A DNA stretch of 61,538 nucleotides, counting the filler, from Nemertoderma westbladi (lineage: Eukaryota; Animalia; Xenacoelomorpha): the NCBI GenBank assembly GCA_032718475.1. It is 4 parts of 4 records of this genome, joined end to end, with 100 filler letters (N's around TTAATTAATTAA, not from the genome) between each part and the next. Parts side by side here need not be neighbours in the genome. Positions count along the whole stretch, not along the records: positions 35,745 to 51,170 come from JAUCBJ010008328.1; positions 51,271 to 61,538 come from JAUCBJ010008439.1; 2 more parts are not named here. One strand, 5' to 3'. Shown piece by piece: positions 49,870 through 61,538 of this stretch. A program made the position numbers and the translations under genes. How positions within the stretch are numbered: the stretch's first letter is position 1; each line of letters begins with the position of its first letter. Below the pieces are notes generated by a model. It was given only the letters and a program-made list of their open reading frames with translations. It ran no database searches and was not told where the DNA came from.

Positions 49870-51270
49870 GCCCCAGACGTGTACTTCACAATGATGGTGA
49901 ACTGGAATTCGATAGTCGTCTTGGTTACCGCTACAAACACACGTAGTATTCCTATAAACAGCCGGATAGATCTAATACCTATCGGTATGTAGTCGTATCA
50001 CTAGACGAAGCTACAACCAAGGCAGCCGGTAGTAGCGAGGCAGGTAGCGCAACACGGAACCAATGAAAGTTCAATATCTTTGGCTAACGTCGATGGATTT
50101 TGTTTATAAATTGATGCAAATAAATGTTTTCGTTCCGACTTTAATGATCAATTCCTATTTTTAAATTTGAGAAACTCCACCAACCGTAATACAATTTCTA
50201 TACTAAAAAAGATTTCTATGTCGTTTCCTACTTAGCAGCCTTTTCGGAAGGTTAATATTTTGTTGCTTTGTTGCCAAGAACTTAACTGGGTTCTGATCCT
50301 TGTAGCTTTAATTGCACTCACTCACTACGCTCGTTCGTGTAACACATCAATCGACTTAACAAATGTAAAGAGCTACTTTACACTGTAGTACACATACTGT
50401 ACCTTTAGCAAACTGTATAGTATGATAATATTTATATTAAATATCAGTCAACACAAACTGTACTTGATTGTCAAGTAGAACTCCTGAGTGCTCCGCTCCT
50501 CTGAGTGATTTGTTACACAAACGAAATCGTAGTGAATGAGTTCACATGAATCGACGAGGATCAAACACTGTTAGTACATTCCAACAAGTAAGCCTACATA
50601 TACTGTATGTACTAGTAGGCACTATGATAGGAATTAAAGGCATTAAAGTAGAAATCGGTTAAAATAAATTTATAAAATACATCAGCTGGTACAATTAGTG
50701 CATTGGGAGAGGTAATTATGCTTTATATCAATGACTATTTTTTATTACAAAATATTATCGGTTTGTCGGAAGGTAACCAAGTCGACGCCAAGGTAATTAA
50801 GTTTCAGTTTCAGTTCCACTGTAAATGTTACTCGTCTACAGCCGTAAAGTCTAAATAAATTCTCCATGAGCACACATATAAAGTGATATGCTGTACTGGC
50901 TAGAGTTGTGATTTTGGAGACAAATTATTTACCTTTTAAATATTAGGGTTACAAAGAGTAATAAATTACCTTTTACTGTATTACAAATCAACAATTTGTA
51001 ATAATTTTTTTTTTTGTATTACAAATTTGCATCGAAGCGTGGTTGAAATTCAACGTGGCGGACACTAGGAGACAATATTTTAAGTACAATAGTAACAATT
51101 ATAATAACTAATAATAATAACACGAATAGTTATTACAGGTAGTCGCACAAAACATGCACTGCATTTAAAANNNNNNNNNNNNNNNNNNNNNNNNNNNNNN
51201 NNNNNNNNNNNNNNTTAATTAATTAANNNNNNNNNNNNNNNNNNNNNNNNNNNNNNNNNNNNNNNNNNNN

Positions 51271-51520
51271 GGTTAATGATATCGCAGAGTAATACAGGTG
51301 GGTTATTGATATCGCAGAGTATTACAGGTGGGTTATTGTTATCGCAGAGTATTACAGGTGGGTTAATGATGTCGCAGAGTATTACAGGTGGGTTAATGAT
51401 ATCGCAGAGTATTACAGGTGGGTTAATGATATCGCAGAGTATTACAGGTGGGTTAATGATATCGCAGAGTAATACAGGTGGGTTATTGATATCGCAGAGT
51501 ATTACAGGTGGGTTAATGAT
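51271..51520. repeat. 30-bp tandem repeat, about 8 copies (contig start)
   Basis: GGTTAATGATATCGCAGAGTATTACAGGTG units. Confidence 0.95.
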
Positions 51521-51794
51521 CTTGGGTTCCTCAATAAATAGGCGATGTATTATTCTTGACACGAAATTTTGCTGAAATAGTAAAATAGCAGGTTACGTGG
51601 AAACAGAAAGGGGAGGGGCAATAAACTTTATTAAACTATATATGAACACAATAGAGTTACTGATCTCTATTGATCCAGGGTACATAATATACTGAACAGA
51701 ACATGTCCTCGGGAGAGAGAGGGGGATGATGGGCGGGGGGGGGGGGGGGGGGTAACATAACGGTAGACTTACAAATTTCATTGAATGTACGCAG

Positions 51795-51955
51795 GTTGCT
51801 GGAAACGGAAGAACGCAAAGTCGATTCCCTATTGGCTCAATTCGGAGCGCGTAAAGGAGCCCGTAGGGAGGTCGGGGGATACAGAGGTGCGAAGTACTAC
51901 TCCGAGGGCGTGTCCATATATGGTAATATGGAAATCGGAGAAATTGATTTGAATG
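51795..51955 (+). CDS. Intermediate filament protein, exon with rod end and start of the lamin-tail domain
   Basis: Acceptor GCAG at 51794; (R)LLETEERK matches the YRKLLEGEE rod-end consensus; GNMEIGEIDLNG; donor GTAAG at 51956. Confidence 0.8.
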
Positions 51956-52194
51956 GTAAGTAGTAGTGTGTTGGTATGTGGTCATGGCAACATATAAAGG
52001 GGGGGGGGGGGGTGGTGGGGGGGTTACTTTGACGCAATCAAAATTTTGAATATCATGCCACTGCAATCTGCTCCATTCTGATAATTATTGACATGCATAT
52101 TGATAATTCCAGAAACATTGTTAATTCGCCGATAATAATACACCAAAAATCGTTGCAACATTTATTATTTTACAACATTAATATGATCCTTTAG

Positions 52195-52362
52195 GTGATT
52201 TTATCAAACTGACAAACATCAGCAGCAGTGAATTACTTCTCGGTGGCTACACCATCACTCGTCATATCAGTGATACGGGACACGTTTACAGTTACACATT
52301 CGAACGCGGTTATAAGCTGGAAGCTGGAGCGTCACTTACTCTGTGGGGGAGTGGAGCTTCGG
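52195..52362 (+). CDS. Intermediate filament protein, lamin-tail-domain exon
   Basis: TTAG acceptor; GDFIKLTNISSSELLLGGYTITRHI...YSYTFERGYKLEAGASLTLWG; donor GTGAGT. Phases are compatible with both neighbouring exons. Confidence 0.85.
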
Positions 52363-52556
52363 GTGAGTGGATTGATGGGGGAGGTATGAAACTGTTTTCA
52401 TTATCTATACAGGGTAAATATTTTTAGCTCATGGTTTTTAGGTTTTTATTTCCTAACTAAACCAAATACTTTCTGTAGCAAGTTATTGTTAATTGATTCA
52501 AAATATTATGTATATTTCCTATTTAGTCTATATTTGTTATTTGTGATTGTTACCAG

Positions 52557-52762
52557 GGGCGACCAGCGGTACATTCGATTTAATCTGCGACGGAGTTAGT
52601 TCCTGGGGCAGCGGTCGCGAGATAATAAACACGATCTCGGATCGAGACGGTCTGGAGATCTACCAGGATCGGTACATGCACGAGGACGTTGCTAAAACAA
52701 TTACTTTCAGTTTCAGCGAGGTCGGTACCGGTAGCGGTGGAGGTGGATTCTCCTATCATTAA
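52557..52762 (+). CDS. Intermediate filament protein, terminal exon
   Basis: ACCAG acceptor; DLICDGVSSWGSGREIINTISDRDGLEI resembles the end of a lamin-tail domain; stop at 52762, no CaaX. Confidence 0.82.
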
Positions 52763-53241
52763 TCAGCTGTAGCTTAGTGGACAGCGTCGTGTCAGGGGAG
52801 ATTGAACCTCATCGTTTTTTCTAGATATGTGTGACTATTTTTTTTAGCAAGCCAATTATTTTTTGATAATTATTAGTTATAAATGAACTTAAGTTTAGGA
52901 TTATTAACTAAATATTTTATTGTGAAGAATAATATTTTAATGAGTAGTGTAGATAGAAGATTTACAAAATATATTGATTTTCTATTCTAAATAATTTTGT
53001 GCTAACAGAATGATATCTGCTGATTTTCTCTATTATTTTCTATTTATTATTAATAAATATTATCTATTTATTAATTTGAAGATTATTATTTATGATTTTG
53101 AAAATTAAAACATCGATTTTTTCACTTCTCTGAAATTACAAGTTTAGGATTTATTATTTATATTTCGATGAATAAGTAAGTACTGTTGGGTTTGGGTTGA
53201 GTTTCTTAGAGATAAACGATATTGTTCCATAATAAAGTAAA

Positions 53242-53514
53242 AAGGAGGAGAAGAAAACAGCCAAATACCGGGAGCTAGTCGACCGGGGCTACATCTTCTC
53301 CCCGGTTGCCTTTGAGACCTACGGCTGTCCGGGCTCTTCCACTCGCAGTTTCCTGAAGGAGATCGGCGACCGTATACGTAGTGTCACCAACGAGCCGCGG
53401 TCGCACCGATTCCTCCTACAGAGGCTCCTCATTGCCATTCAGATCGGCAATGCCGCTTCGATCTTAGGATCGATTAGGTCCACGGACGAGGGTCTGTTGG
53501 ACCTCGTCTCCTAG
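53242..53514 (+). mobile_element. CRE-clade non-LTR retrotransposon 3' fragment (restriction-like endonuclease C-terminus)
   Basis: Open frame without Met: KEEKKTAKYRELVDRGYIFSPVAFETYGCPG...FLKEIGDRIRSVTNEPRSHRFLLQRLLIAIQIGNAASILGS...*; followed by a C/T-rich 3' UTR. Confidence 0.85.
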
Positions 53515-55069
53515 GCTCCTCCACTTGCGTTCCCCGCTCCCTCTATCCCATCTCCCCTCCCCCTTATAACTCTTATTCCCCCGCCCCCTTTGTAATTTGT
53601 CTCTATTCTGAGATGCTTTTTATAATTTGTGCTTCATTATTGTAGTATTTCTATTTGTTTGTAATAATTAACTTTTTGATGTTGATATTGAACCCAAAAT
53701 TATTATATAAACTATTACAGATAATTATATAGTTGAAATAATGATTTCAGTTTGTCAATTTCAATTTCAGATTTGAATAGTAAGAAGATGGGAAATGCGG
53801 CCCAAAAACCGCTATTTCTGTATTTATTAATTTATACTTAAATTATGATGGTTTGGTGTATTTTAAACACAATGTATTTAATTCAATAAGAATTAATGTA
53901 CATAAATAATATAATAAGTAGTATTGAGTCATAATGAGTCATAATCATTTATAATGAATTTAAATGCAACAAGATAGAGACGAGTTCCAAATCAGAAAAT
54001 TACAATTATAACAACTGCAGCACCAAAAACAATATAATGGAAACGCTATGTAATTTACATTAACTATAAAACTTTGTTAATAAAATCAATTTAATAAATT
54101 TATGACCAGTAATTTTTGGGTCATTACGTTTAGGTCCCACACACATCGCATATTAATTACGAAACGGGAGATTAAAATGTGAAAAAAAAATCATTTGATT
54201 ATTTTTTGTAGAATGATTTAATAATTAAATAAATAATTGTATTAATAATGAATAAATTTGGATGTATTTAAATTAACTAAATATTATTTTAACAAATAAA
54301 ATAATGTCCTAGGCGTTTTGTTGGCCAACATAAAGTCGTAGATTATAATAACATAACTATAAGGATATAACAAGCTGGCAAGCCTGGAGGGTTCACGGTC
54401 CTCCTACCTAATCAGTACAATAATAATACGTTTTCGTTCGGGTAGGCCTATGTTTCCTTTTCACTTGTTCCCATCGTAGGCGACCTCATGCTCATCCCAC
54501 CACGACCACGACCACCAGTTACGAGTTGGGTAGGCGTCTACCGGCAACCGGTAAGTAATTACGCGCCACACGACGTCATCCCGCCATCCGCCAACATTTA
54601 TACCGGTACGGTAAGCCTACCACCTACCGGCTGGCTACCATCGCACCGTAGGTCTACCGCCTACGCCTACCGGTCAACCGGTAACGGTAGGCTACCGCGT
54701 ACCGGTACAGCGGTACTCAAAGTCGTACCGGTATTGTCGTAATTGACAAATGCAGGATTAAACCGTAACCCGTTCCGGTACCGGTACCATATGCATCTGA
54801 ACGACTGGACGGTTAATCTCATAGCATAGCTGCATAGGCCTACCGGTAGTCAGTGCGAAGTCGCCTGCGAACATGGCGAAATATTATATTCACTGCTAGG
54901 GCTAGGCTAGGACCTACCAGCCTACTGCTGTACTGACCTATGACAGTATGAAGATAGGCAGATAGGCCTACAGTGGTCAGGTAGTACCGGTCCGGTATGC
55001 CTACTACAGGCAGACAATCAGACAGTACTAGCAGTGCTAATTAATTACCTTAATTAAATCTTCAATTAG

Positions 55070-55420
55070 GTCATAATGTAGGTCCAAATTTAAAAATCGG
55101 CCTCCGTTAATCGATTTAGAAATAATTCAGGTACCTCCATGCCAAATATCAGAATCATTCATTGCGTTCCCTATGACAAGATAGCTTTTTCCTAAACCAT
55201 GCGAAAACACGCAAATATAGCGCTCACATCGCACAAATACCATCTCGACACCCAATTTTTTGTATGAGCCTTCGCCATCCCTATATCTAACTTTTGTCCA
55301 AATTTTGTTTCGATTGATTAATAAATAACTGAGATATCGCTCTGGACACACACACACACTAACACACACACACACACACACACACACATTACGGTAATAA
55401 TGGTCACTTATGTCAAAGAC
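55070..55420 (-). mobile_element. Possible DINE/Helentron-like repeat containing a (TG)n microsatellite (55346-55388)
   Basis: On the minus strand a microsatellite followed by GATATCTCAG...AAATTTGG. Architecture only. Confidence 0.35.
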
Positions 55421-56009
55421 CGTGAACCAAAATGAGATAAAATAAAAATATAAATAAGTCGGACATGTACCACCTATGTTACTGTTATCGGGCTGACCAA
55501 AATAAAATATTAAATCACACCAAAGCAAGTTGTTTTACATACATTTTCAAAAACAATCGAAATTATACATAATAAGACATAAACCGAAGAAATGTAATTA
55601 TAACACTGAAAGCAGATTCGGGTGGTCGGACAATGTGCGTGCAGCGTTGTTGGGCTCAACCGGGGTTGATATAACCGTTTAACCTACGGCTATGTCTTTT
55701 TATTTATTATTTGTTGTTTGCTAAGCGAGATGTAGTTCTCGTAAGTATAACATCGTGTTATTGTTTGATAATTAAATCAATACTAAACTAGATCATCAAA
55801 CTGGTACAAAAAGGCAGTTTTTTAGCTACAATTTTTGAAATGCTAATTTAATAACCATGAACAATAACAGATCCGCGTGTTGGTTACATTTAGTTAGAAA
55901 GTTCACTAACAACACTACACTTACTGGCATTGCACTATCATTCATAAAATACAAAATAATGTATGTTGATAATATAAGGTATACGAAAGCAAGAAACTAG
56001 TCAAAGAAG

Positions 56010-58603
56010 TTAAACTTCTATGACTTTAAGAAAATCCAAAGATTCGCGTCTTAAATTTTGTACGAATTGTGTTTCTGATTCGCTCTGTGCTCGAGTGGAG
56101 TTACTTACAGCAGGTATCGTCGATGGCTGTAACATTCTCTCTTGAACCCCCCGATTCGACACTCCGGGCCCTTCGAACAAATCGTTCTTATACTGAACGA
56201 AACTTATGGAATTATCGTTAGTGACGCGTTTACTCGGAGCCCGCATTCTGTGGAATGGAGGCGGACAACCTCGCATGAAGCACGTGGCATTCCACCACAT
56301 ATAAACTGTACAAGTTATCAGGAATGCGCCTATGATGCCAAGTACAACAATTATTACAACAATATTTAAATCGAGTTTATTTGAAACACCCTTCCCCTGG
56401 TTCTCTATGGTAATACTGGTTATAGCACCCAGTAAGGTATTGTTTATTCTTTGAGCCAAAATGTACTCAACCAAATGTTGGGCATTGCTTTCTATTGTGA
56501 AATTAAGTTTAGCTCCAACATCTAACTGTATGGCCATGGTAAGTTTTAACGAATTTGGATAATTTATATAAGGGCGGCATTCAATGTCCATGTACTTTAT
56601 TAAAATTTCGACCAATCGTGTGCTTAGAATTTCCAGACAGTATTTATCCAATGTGTGATGATCGCGTGTTACTTTCTCTGCGTTTAAATCCACCTTCATT
56701 ACGGCACACTGACTGTCGTCCTTCCCACAGACGTGCTGAAACGATTCAGCGTCGTGTTCGCCGGATATACTAGCCACAGTCGCTGATACGCATTGACCAA
56801 TAGGCTGACAGTTCGTCTCACACCCGGAATCGTAACCGACCACGCAAAGATGGCGCGGTGGGCACGCAGATCCCTCCCGGAGGCAGTTCACTGAATCCAG
56901 TCCGCACTCAGTACCCGAACACAGAGTTACTCCGTTGTCGCAGTAACACGAGTTGCAATCCGACAACCATTGCTCCTGGTTGTTGTACGCCAACCCCCGC
57001 CAGATGCACTTCCCTGTTGAACTCGCGATTTGGTCGCAGTTCTTCCCGATTCTACCGTCGGGACATTCGCAGGTGTAATCCCCCAATCCATCGATGCAGG
57101 TAGCCCCGTAGCTGCATGGTTGCGATGCGCATGCGTTAACTTTTAGTAGACAGTTCGGTCCCAGGTAACCCCTTCGACATTCGCACATGTAAGAGTTGAC
57201 CCCGTCAAGGCAGACTCCTCCGTTGTAGCACTTAGAATGCTGACAGTCATCGATATTTACTCGGCATTGCGGCCCTTCATAACCCGCCATGCAGAGACAC
57301 TGATGGTCGGAACCGACAGGGACGCAGGTGCCGCCGTTGTGGCAAGGATTGTTGTCGCACGAAGCAGTTAATTTCAACTCGCAGATACCTCCAGCCCAAC
57401 CCGATGCACAGATGCATTTATAGGACGTCGACGTGTCAACGCACTCCCCGTGTGCGCCACAAACTTTTGAGTCACAGTGCGATGTTTTCGAATTACAATG
57501 TTTGCCCTTCCAATTCCCAACACATTTACATTCAAAATTAGCGACTTTATCGATACAAACAGCGCCATTTAGACACGGTCCGCTAATACAATCGTCGATA
57601 TTATTTTCGCATAAGAGTCCCTCAAACCCTTCTTTGCAAATACATTGGAAGTCTTTAATTCCATCGATGCAAACACCGTCGTTTTCACAGGGATTCGGCT
57701 CGCAATCATTGGTGTTTACCTCACAGAGAGGCCCCGAATAGCCTTCGTCACAGTCACACCGGTACTGGTTGGCGGGTAGACTAACACAATTCCCGTTGTC
57801 GCCGCAAACAAGTTCCCCCGTCTGATTGGCCACAAATAAACACGTGTCTACGTTCTGACAGGAGCGGCCGCGACAACCACGACGATCTGTGCAATTCTTC
57901 CCGGAGTACAGACGCGGACACCGACAGAAGTAATCTCCGAGCATCGGGTAGCAAGAGGCCCCATTCCGACATGGATCGCCCAGCTCCTTACACAGGTCTA
58001 TGTGAATATCGCACTGATCGCCTGTGAATCCCGTCAAACAACTACACATATGCTCCCCAGACGATGCCATTGTGCACTCCCCTCCATTGAGACATTGTTT
58101 ATGCGCACATTTAACTCCATTCCAATCCCCACAGCTGTTGCAATCCGTTGATTCCACGCCATTCCACATCCCATTCCCAAGACATATTTCCGCGCACTTT
58201 GGATCAATCGGTTGCGAGGAATTACACAAATACTGCAGAGCCTCGTAATGGAATCCACCGTGTTCGTCCTTGGGAATGTCGTCGCAACTGCTCCTGAATT
58301 CCTCGCAATTTTCCCCGCCGAATCCCGGTTTACATAGACAGCGGTAGCGCTCGTCGCTGTGGATACAGCGGCCGTTGTTCCGGCACGGCTGGTTGACGCA
58401 GGTATTCTGTTCGCGGTTGCACAGCGGCCCCATCCAGTTGGCCTCGCAGACGCACTGCCAGGGCTCGTTGCAGTACCCGTGCTCGCAACCCGTGTGCGGG
58501 ATACATCGGTCGCATCGCTCCCCCTGCCAACCCGATCGGCATCTACATTCCCCCGGCTCGTCGCAATAGCCGTTGATTGCATCGCAATTCCACTTACACA
58601 ACG
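56010..58603 (-). CDS. JAG: Jagged/Serrate Notch ligand, large terminal exon (EGF repeats, VWC, TM, intracellular tail)
   Basis: Acceptor TTTTCAG ending at 58604; 12 recognisable EGF repeats including the interrupted Serrate-type repeat; VWC CIWRG...WLSDCNSCYC; TM IVVIIVVLGIIGAFLITCTVYMWW; C-terminus VIEV. Confidence 0.92.
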
Positions 58604-59129
58604 CTGAAAAAAATATAAATATAATATGTAAATTTATTTGCAAACAATAGATGTTAATTAAATATATTATATTTCAAAATTAATCATCTTATATTATATT
58701 AATAACATAATATTAGTATAATAAATAATTTAAAAAAACTTAAAAATAATCTTTAATTTTTTACATATTTTATGAAGTTAATTTTTCATTAATAAACTGT
58801 AAGTGGGAGACAACGTTGGGGAAGATAGTAAAATTATTATAAATTTAATTAAATTGGTCACGAAAATTCAAATTTATGGACATGAAAATGAAGGGATTTG
58901 TGGTAAATCGTAAGTGCGGAAAAGTAATTTTCCAATCGCGAAAGAGATGAGATTTGCGTGAATATGAATAGCCTCATGTTTCTGTCTCAACCAACATCAT
59001 GGGGCTATGTATCCCTAATAATCAACTGTTTTTTGTAGCATATCCTGTTCTCGGGTTGCACAGAAAATATGCACTATAAAAATTGTCCTGCTATGCCAGT
59101 TCGACACGGAGTTGAGGATGGCTTTCTTA

Positions 59130-59489
59130 CTTATTGATTTATATTTATTGATTTATATTTATTGATTGATATTTATTGATTGATATTTATTGATTGATAT
59201 TTATTGATTGATATTTATTGATTGATATTTATTGATTGATATTTATTGATTGATATTTATTGATTGATATTTATTGATTGATATTTATTGATTGATATTT
59301 ATTGATTGATATTTATTGATTGATATTTATTGATTGATATTTATTGATTGATATTTATTGATTGATATTTATTGATTGATATTTATTGATTGATATTTAT
59401 TGATTGATATTTATTGATTGATATTTATTGATTGATATTTATTGATTGATATTTATTGATTGATATTTATTGATTGATATTTATTGATA
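59130..59489. repeat. 14-bp minisatellite (ATTGATTGATATTT)n, about 25 copies, in the Jagged intron
   Basis: Near-perfect tandem repeat. Confidence 0.95.
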
Positions 59490-60634
59490 GCTCATGTTTC
59501 CTTGTTACTTAACTTATTTATTTGATTTAAAGATACTCCAAAATATTTGTAATAAAATGCATAAATTCATTGTTGTAGAAGAAACAGAGTACATTACATA
59601 TATTTCAACTAAAGTTTCTTGTTGACAAACTTACTACATAATTCGGTTTCATCTACCTCTCGCTCTCACAAACATCTGCCGAAAACAATACGTTGTAAAC
59701 CACGCCCTAAATGTCTGTCTGTATCAAGCTAGAAGAGCACAAAGCCTAAAGTTCAAGTAGGTATTAATCAATGTAATATTGATTAACTTGTTTACGAAAT
59801 GTACCTTATTATTCCTCAGGATTTTCGAGTAAATACATTCAGTAGATAGTTGTTACATTGTCGTGATGATCTAACAGTCAGTAGTTAGTTTAGTTACATA
59901 TTGCGTGTTAATCTAAGTCAGTAGAGCGACATTGCCGTGCTGGTCCGTATGCGTAGGCTGGGGGTGGGCACTATGGGCACGTGCCCTACCCCAAATCCCC
60001 AAAAGGTGCATTATAAATGCATTATAAAACATATTAAACATTATAAATGCCACTAAATTTTAAATCTATTATTACACCTAGTTAACTTCAATATCTATTT
60101 CTAGCTGCTATGTAGTATATCTAACTGTTTTCCACTGTTTTGCCTAAATTCCAACACTATCCCTCTCTAACCGAAAGGCATATAGGCCTCCTGGAGTTAG
60201 AATACCGCAGGCCTTGTTATCCGCTTGTGTGAGACTGTGTAGGGGCCTACTGTCAACTGTCAGATCAATCATTGATCCTCTTTTTTTATATAAGAACCAG
60301 TAAAATTTTGACGAGTCACAATGTTCTTAAAAATTTCGTAACATTCAGCCTCAAGTATTCTTAAAATGTTCTTAAGTAAAATCGTGAATCTCCTTCAGTT
60401 TCTAGTTTATACTGGGGGATATTTATATTTCAACTGCTTTAAATATTATATTCTTAAAATGTTTCGTTCTAAAAAAAAGAGTGTAACTGAGTTGTAATAC
60501 TAATTGTATTATATACATATCTACTTTGTTTTGTAATATAAATAAATATAAGCAATGATTAATTAATACAGTATTATTATTTAATATATAATTTATTAAT
60601 ATTAACAAATAATTTGCTTTATAGCCATCAATAT

Positions 60635-60777
60635 GCAGGGTTCACACAGACTACAACTCACTATTCAAGGGCGCAATTTTCATTACGATTACAATACAAA
60701 ATCAATCAATTATTTATAATTATTTTGTATTGTATTATGCGATTTGAGTAGTAGTGAGTAGTCTGTGTGAACACTGC
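60635..60777. mobile_element. Small MITE
   Basis: GCAGGGTTCACACAGACTAC / GTAGTCTGTGTGAACACTGC terminal inverted repeats, with an internal TACAATACAAAAT inverted pair. Confidence 0.7.
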
Positions 60778-60915
60778 CATACATACATACAATCATTAAC
60801 TTTACCAACTACCTACATTTAGTACGAACTGGTACAATCAATCTGATCCATTCGTATTTTTAGTTTTTTCGAATTTGTTTTACGGGTACAGGTTTGAATC
60901 TCAACTTTAAATTAC

Positions 60916-61182
60916 GAATGGGAGAATCTTTTAGGCTAGTTAAGCCAAGGAATGCCTGTTTACCACCATGGGTGATCTTCCACAGTAAACCCTTCCCACT
61001 CAGTTTCCCAAGTTGCCTTGGTTCCCATTTATCGACCACTGAAGGATGAAAGCCGGGGTTGGGCTAGGCTGCAGCATTTAAAGCACTGCGCCCAAACAGT
61101 GCTGCCCCATCTAGGGATCGAACCCGGACTCCCTAATCGGAAGCACAGTAATGTCACTCACTAGACCAAGCTGCTGCTTGGT
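60916..61182 (-). mobile_element. Full-length tRNA-derived SINE with a Deu/Nin-type core
   Basis: 15-bp target-site duplication TCAACTTTAAATTAC (60901-60915, 61183-61197); A box TGGTCTAGTG, B box GGTTCGATCCC; core GGCTTTCATCCTTCAGTGGTCGATAAATGGG. Confidence 0.88.
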
Positions 61183-61301
61183 TCAACTTTAAATTACAAA
61201 AAACGTATTAATGGCGGTTTCTAAGGTAACGGCTACGCCCATGTGCTGGTCTAACAATTAGTTAGTTACATTGTTACTTTAACTAACTGTACTAAACTAA
61301 C

Positions 61302-61538
61302 CTTTGTCGCAATTCTCCCTAACCCAACCCTCGAAGCAAACTTTATCCCCGTTGGTTGTGCAATGATAGTGACCAAAGTAGTTGTCTCTCGGTTTGCAGA
61401 GTTTCGTACACTGGGTACCGAAGTAGTTTGGGTCGCACGAAACTCTCAGACTCACCACCATATCCAAAACGTCTCGATGGAATGTCAACGCATGCCATCC
61501 GCCAGTAGGGAGAATGACACCAGTAGTCCAAATCTTAT
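61302..61538 (-). CDS. JAG: Jagged/Serrate exon with end of the MNNL/C2 region and the DSL domain (continues beyond the window)
   Basis: LRVSCDPNYFGTQCTKLCKPRDNYFGHYHCTTNGDKVCFEGWVRENCDK; phase-1 donor G|GTTAG joins 58603 to give CDKALC. Confidence 0.92.

Noticed and set aside
58604-58643. N-terminal MQINLHIIFIFFS of the 877-aa ORF as a signal peptide
   Set aside because: It is intron polypyrimidine tract; the true upstream sequence is the DSL exon at 61302 and above.

Overview
Repeat-rich genomic DNA from an invertebrate animal, assembled from four contigs joined by 100-bp N gaps that contain an artificial TTAATTAATTAA linker. Host genes: DNAJB11/ERdj3 (two exons on +, last exon not found), TAF5L with an uninterrupted coding region (-), the three 3' exons of a cytoplasmic intermediate-filament protein with a lamin-tail domain (+, only partly visible in the ORF track), and the 3' part of a Jagged/Serrate Notch ligand (-). 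The rest is transposon debris and satellites. Retroelements: a Penelope-like RT/GIY-YIG element with an inverted 5' segment and a variant hammerhead-like motif, RTE, CR1/L2-group and CRE LINE fragments, a BEL/Pao gag fragment and tRNA-derived SINEs. DNA transposons: non-autonomous hAT, Kolobok, piggyBac-like, Tc1/mariner and foldback elements. About ten tandem arrays are present. The most unusual structure is a tRNA-headed SINE whose 3' region has expanded into about 74 tandem 36-bp units, each carrying a CTACC-TTCG-GGTAG (cUUCGg) hairpin. A recurring CTGTAACCTGCTCC / GGTTAGAA module sits just upstream of three arrays and itself forms a fourth. No CRISPR array or prokaryotic system is supported. 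All family assignments come from motif recognition, not database searches.
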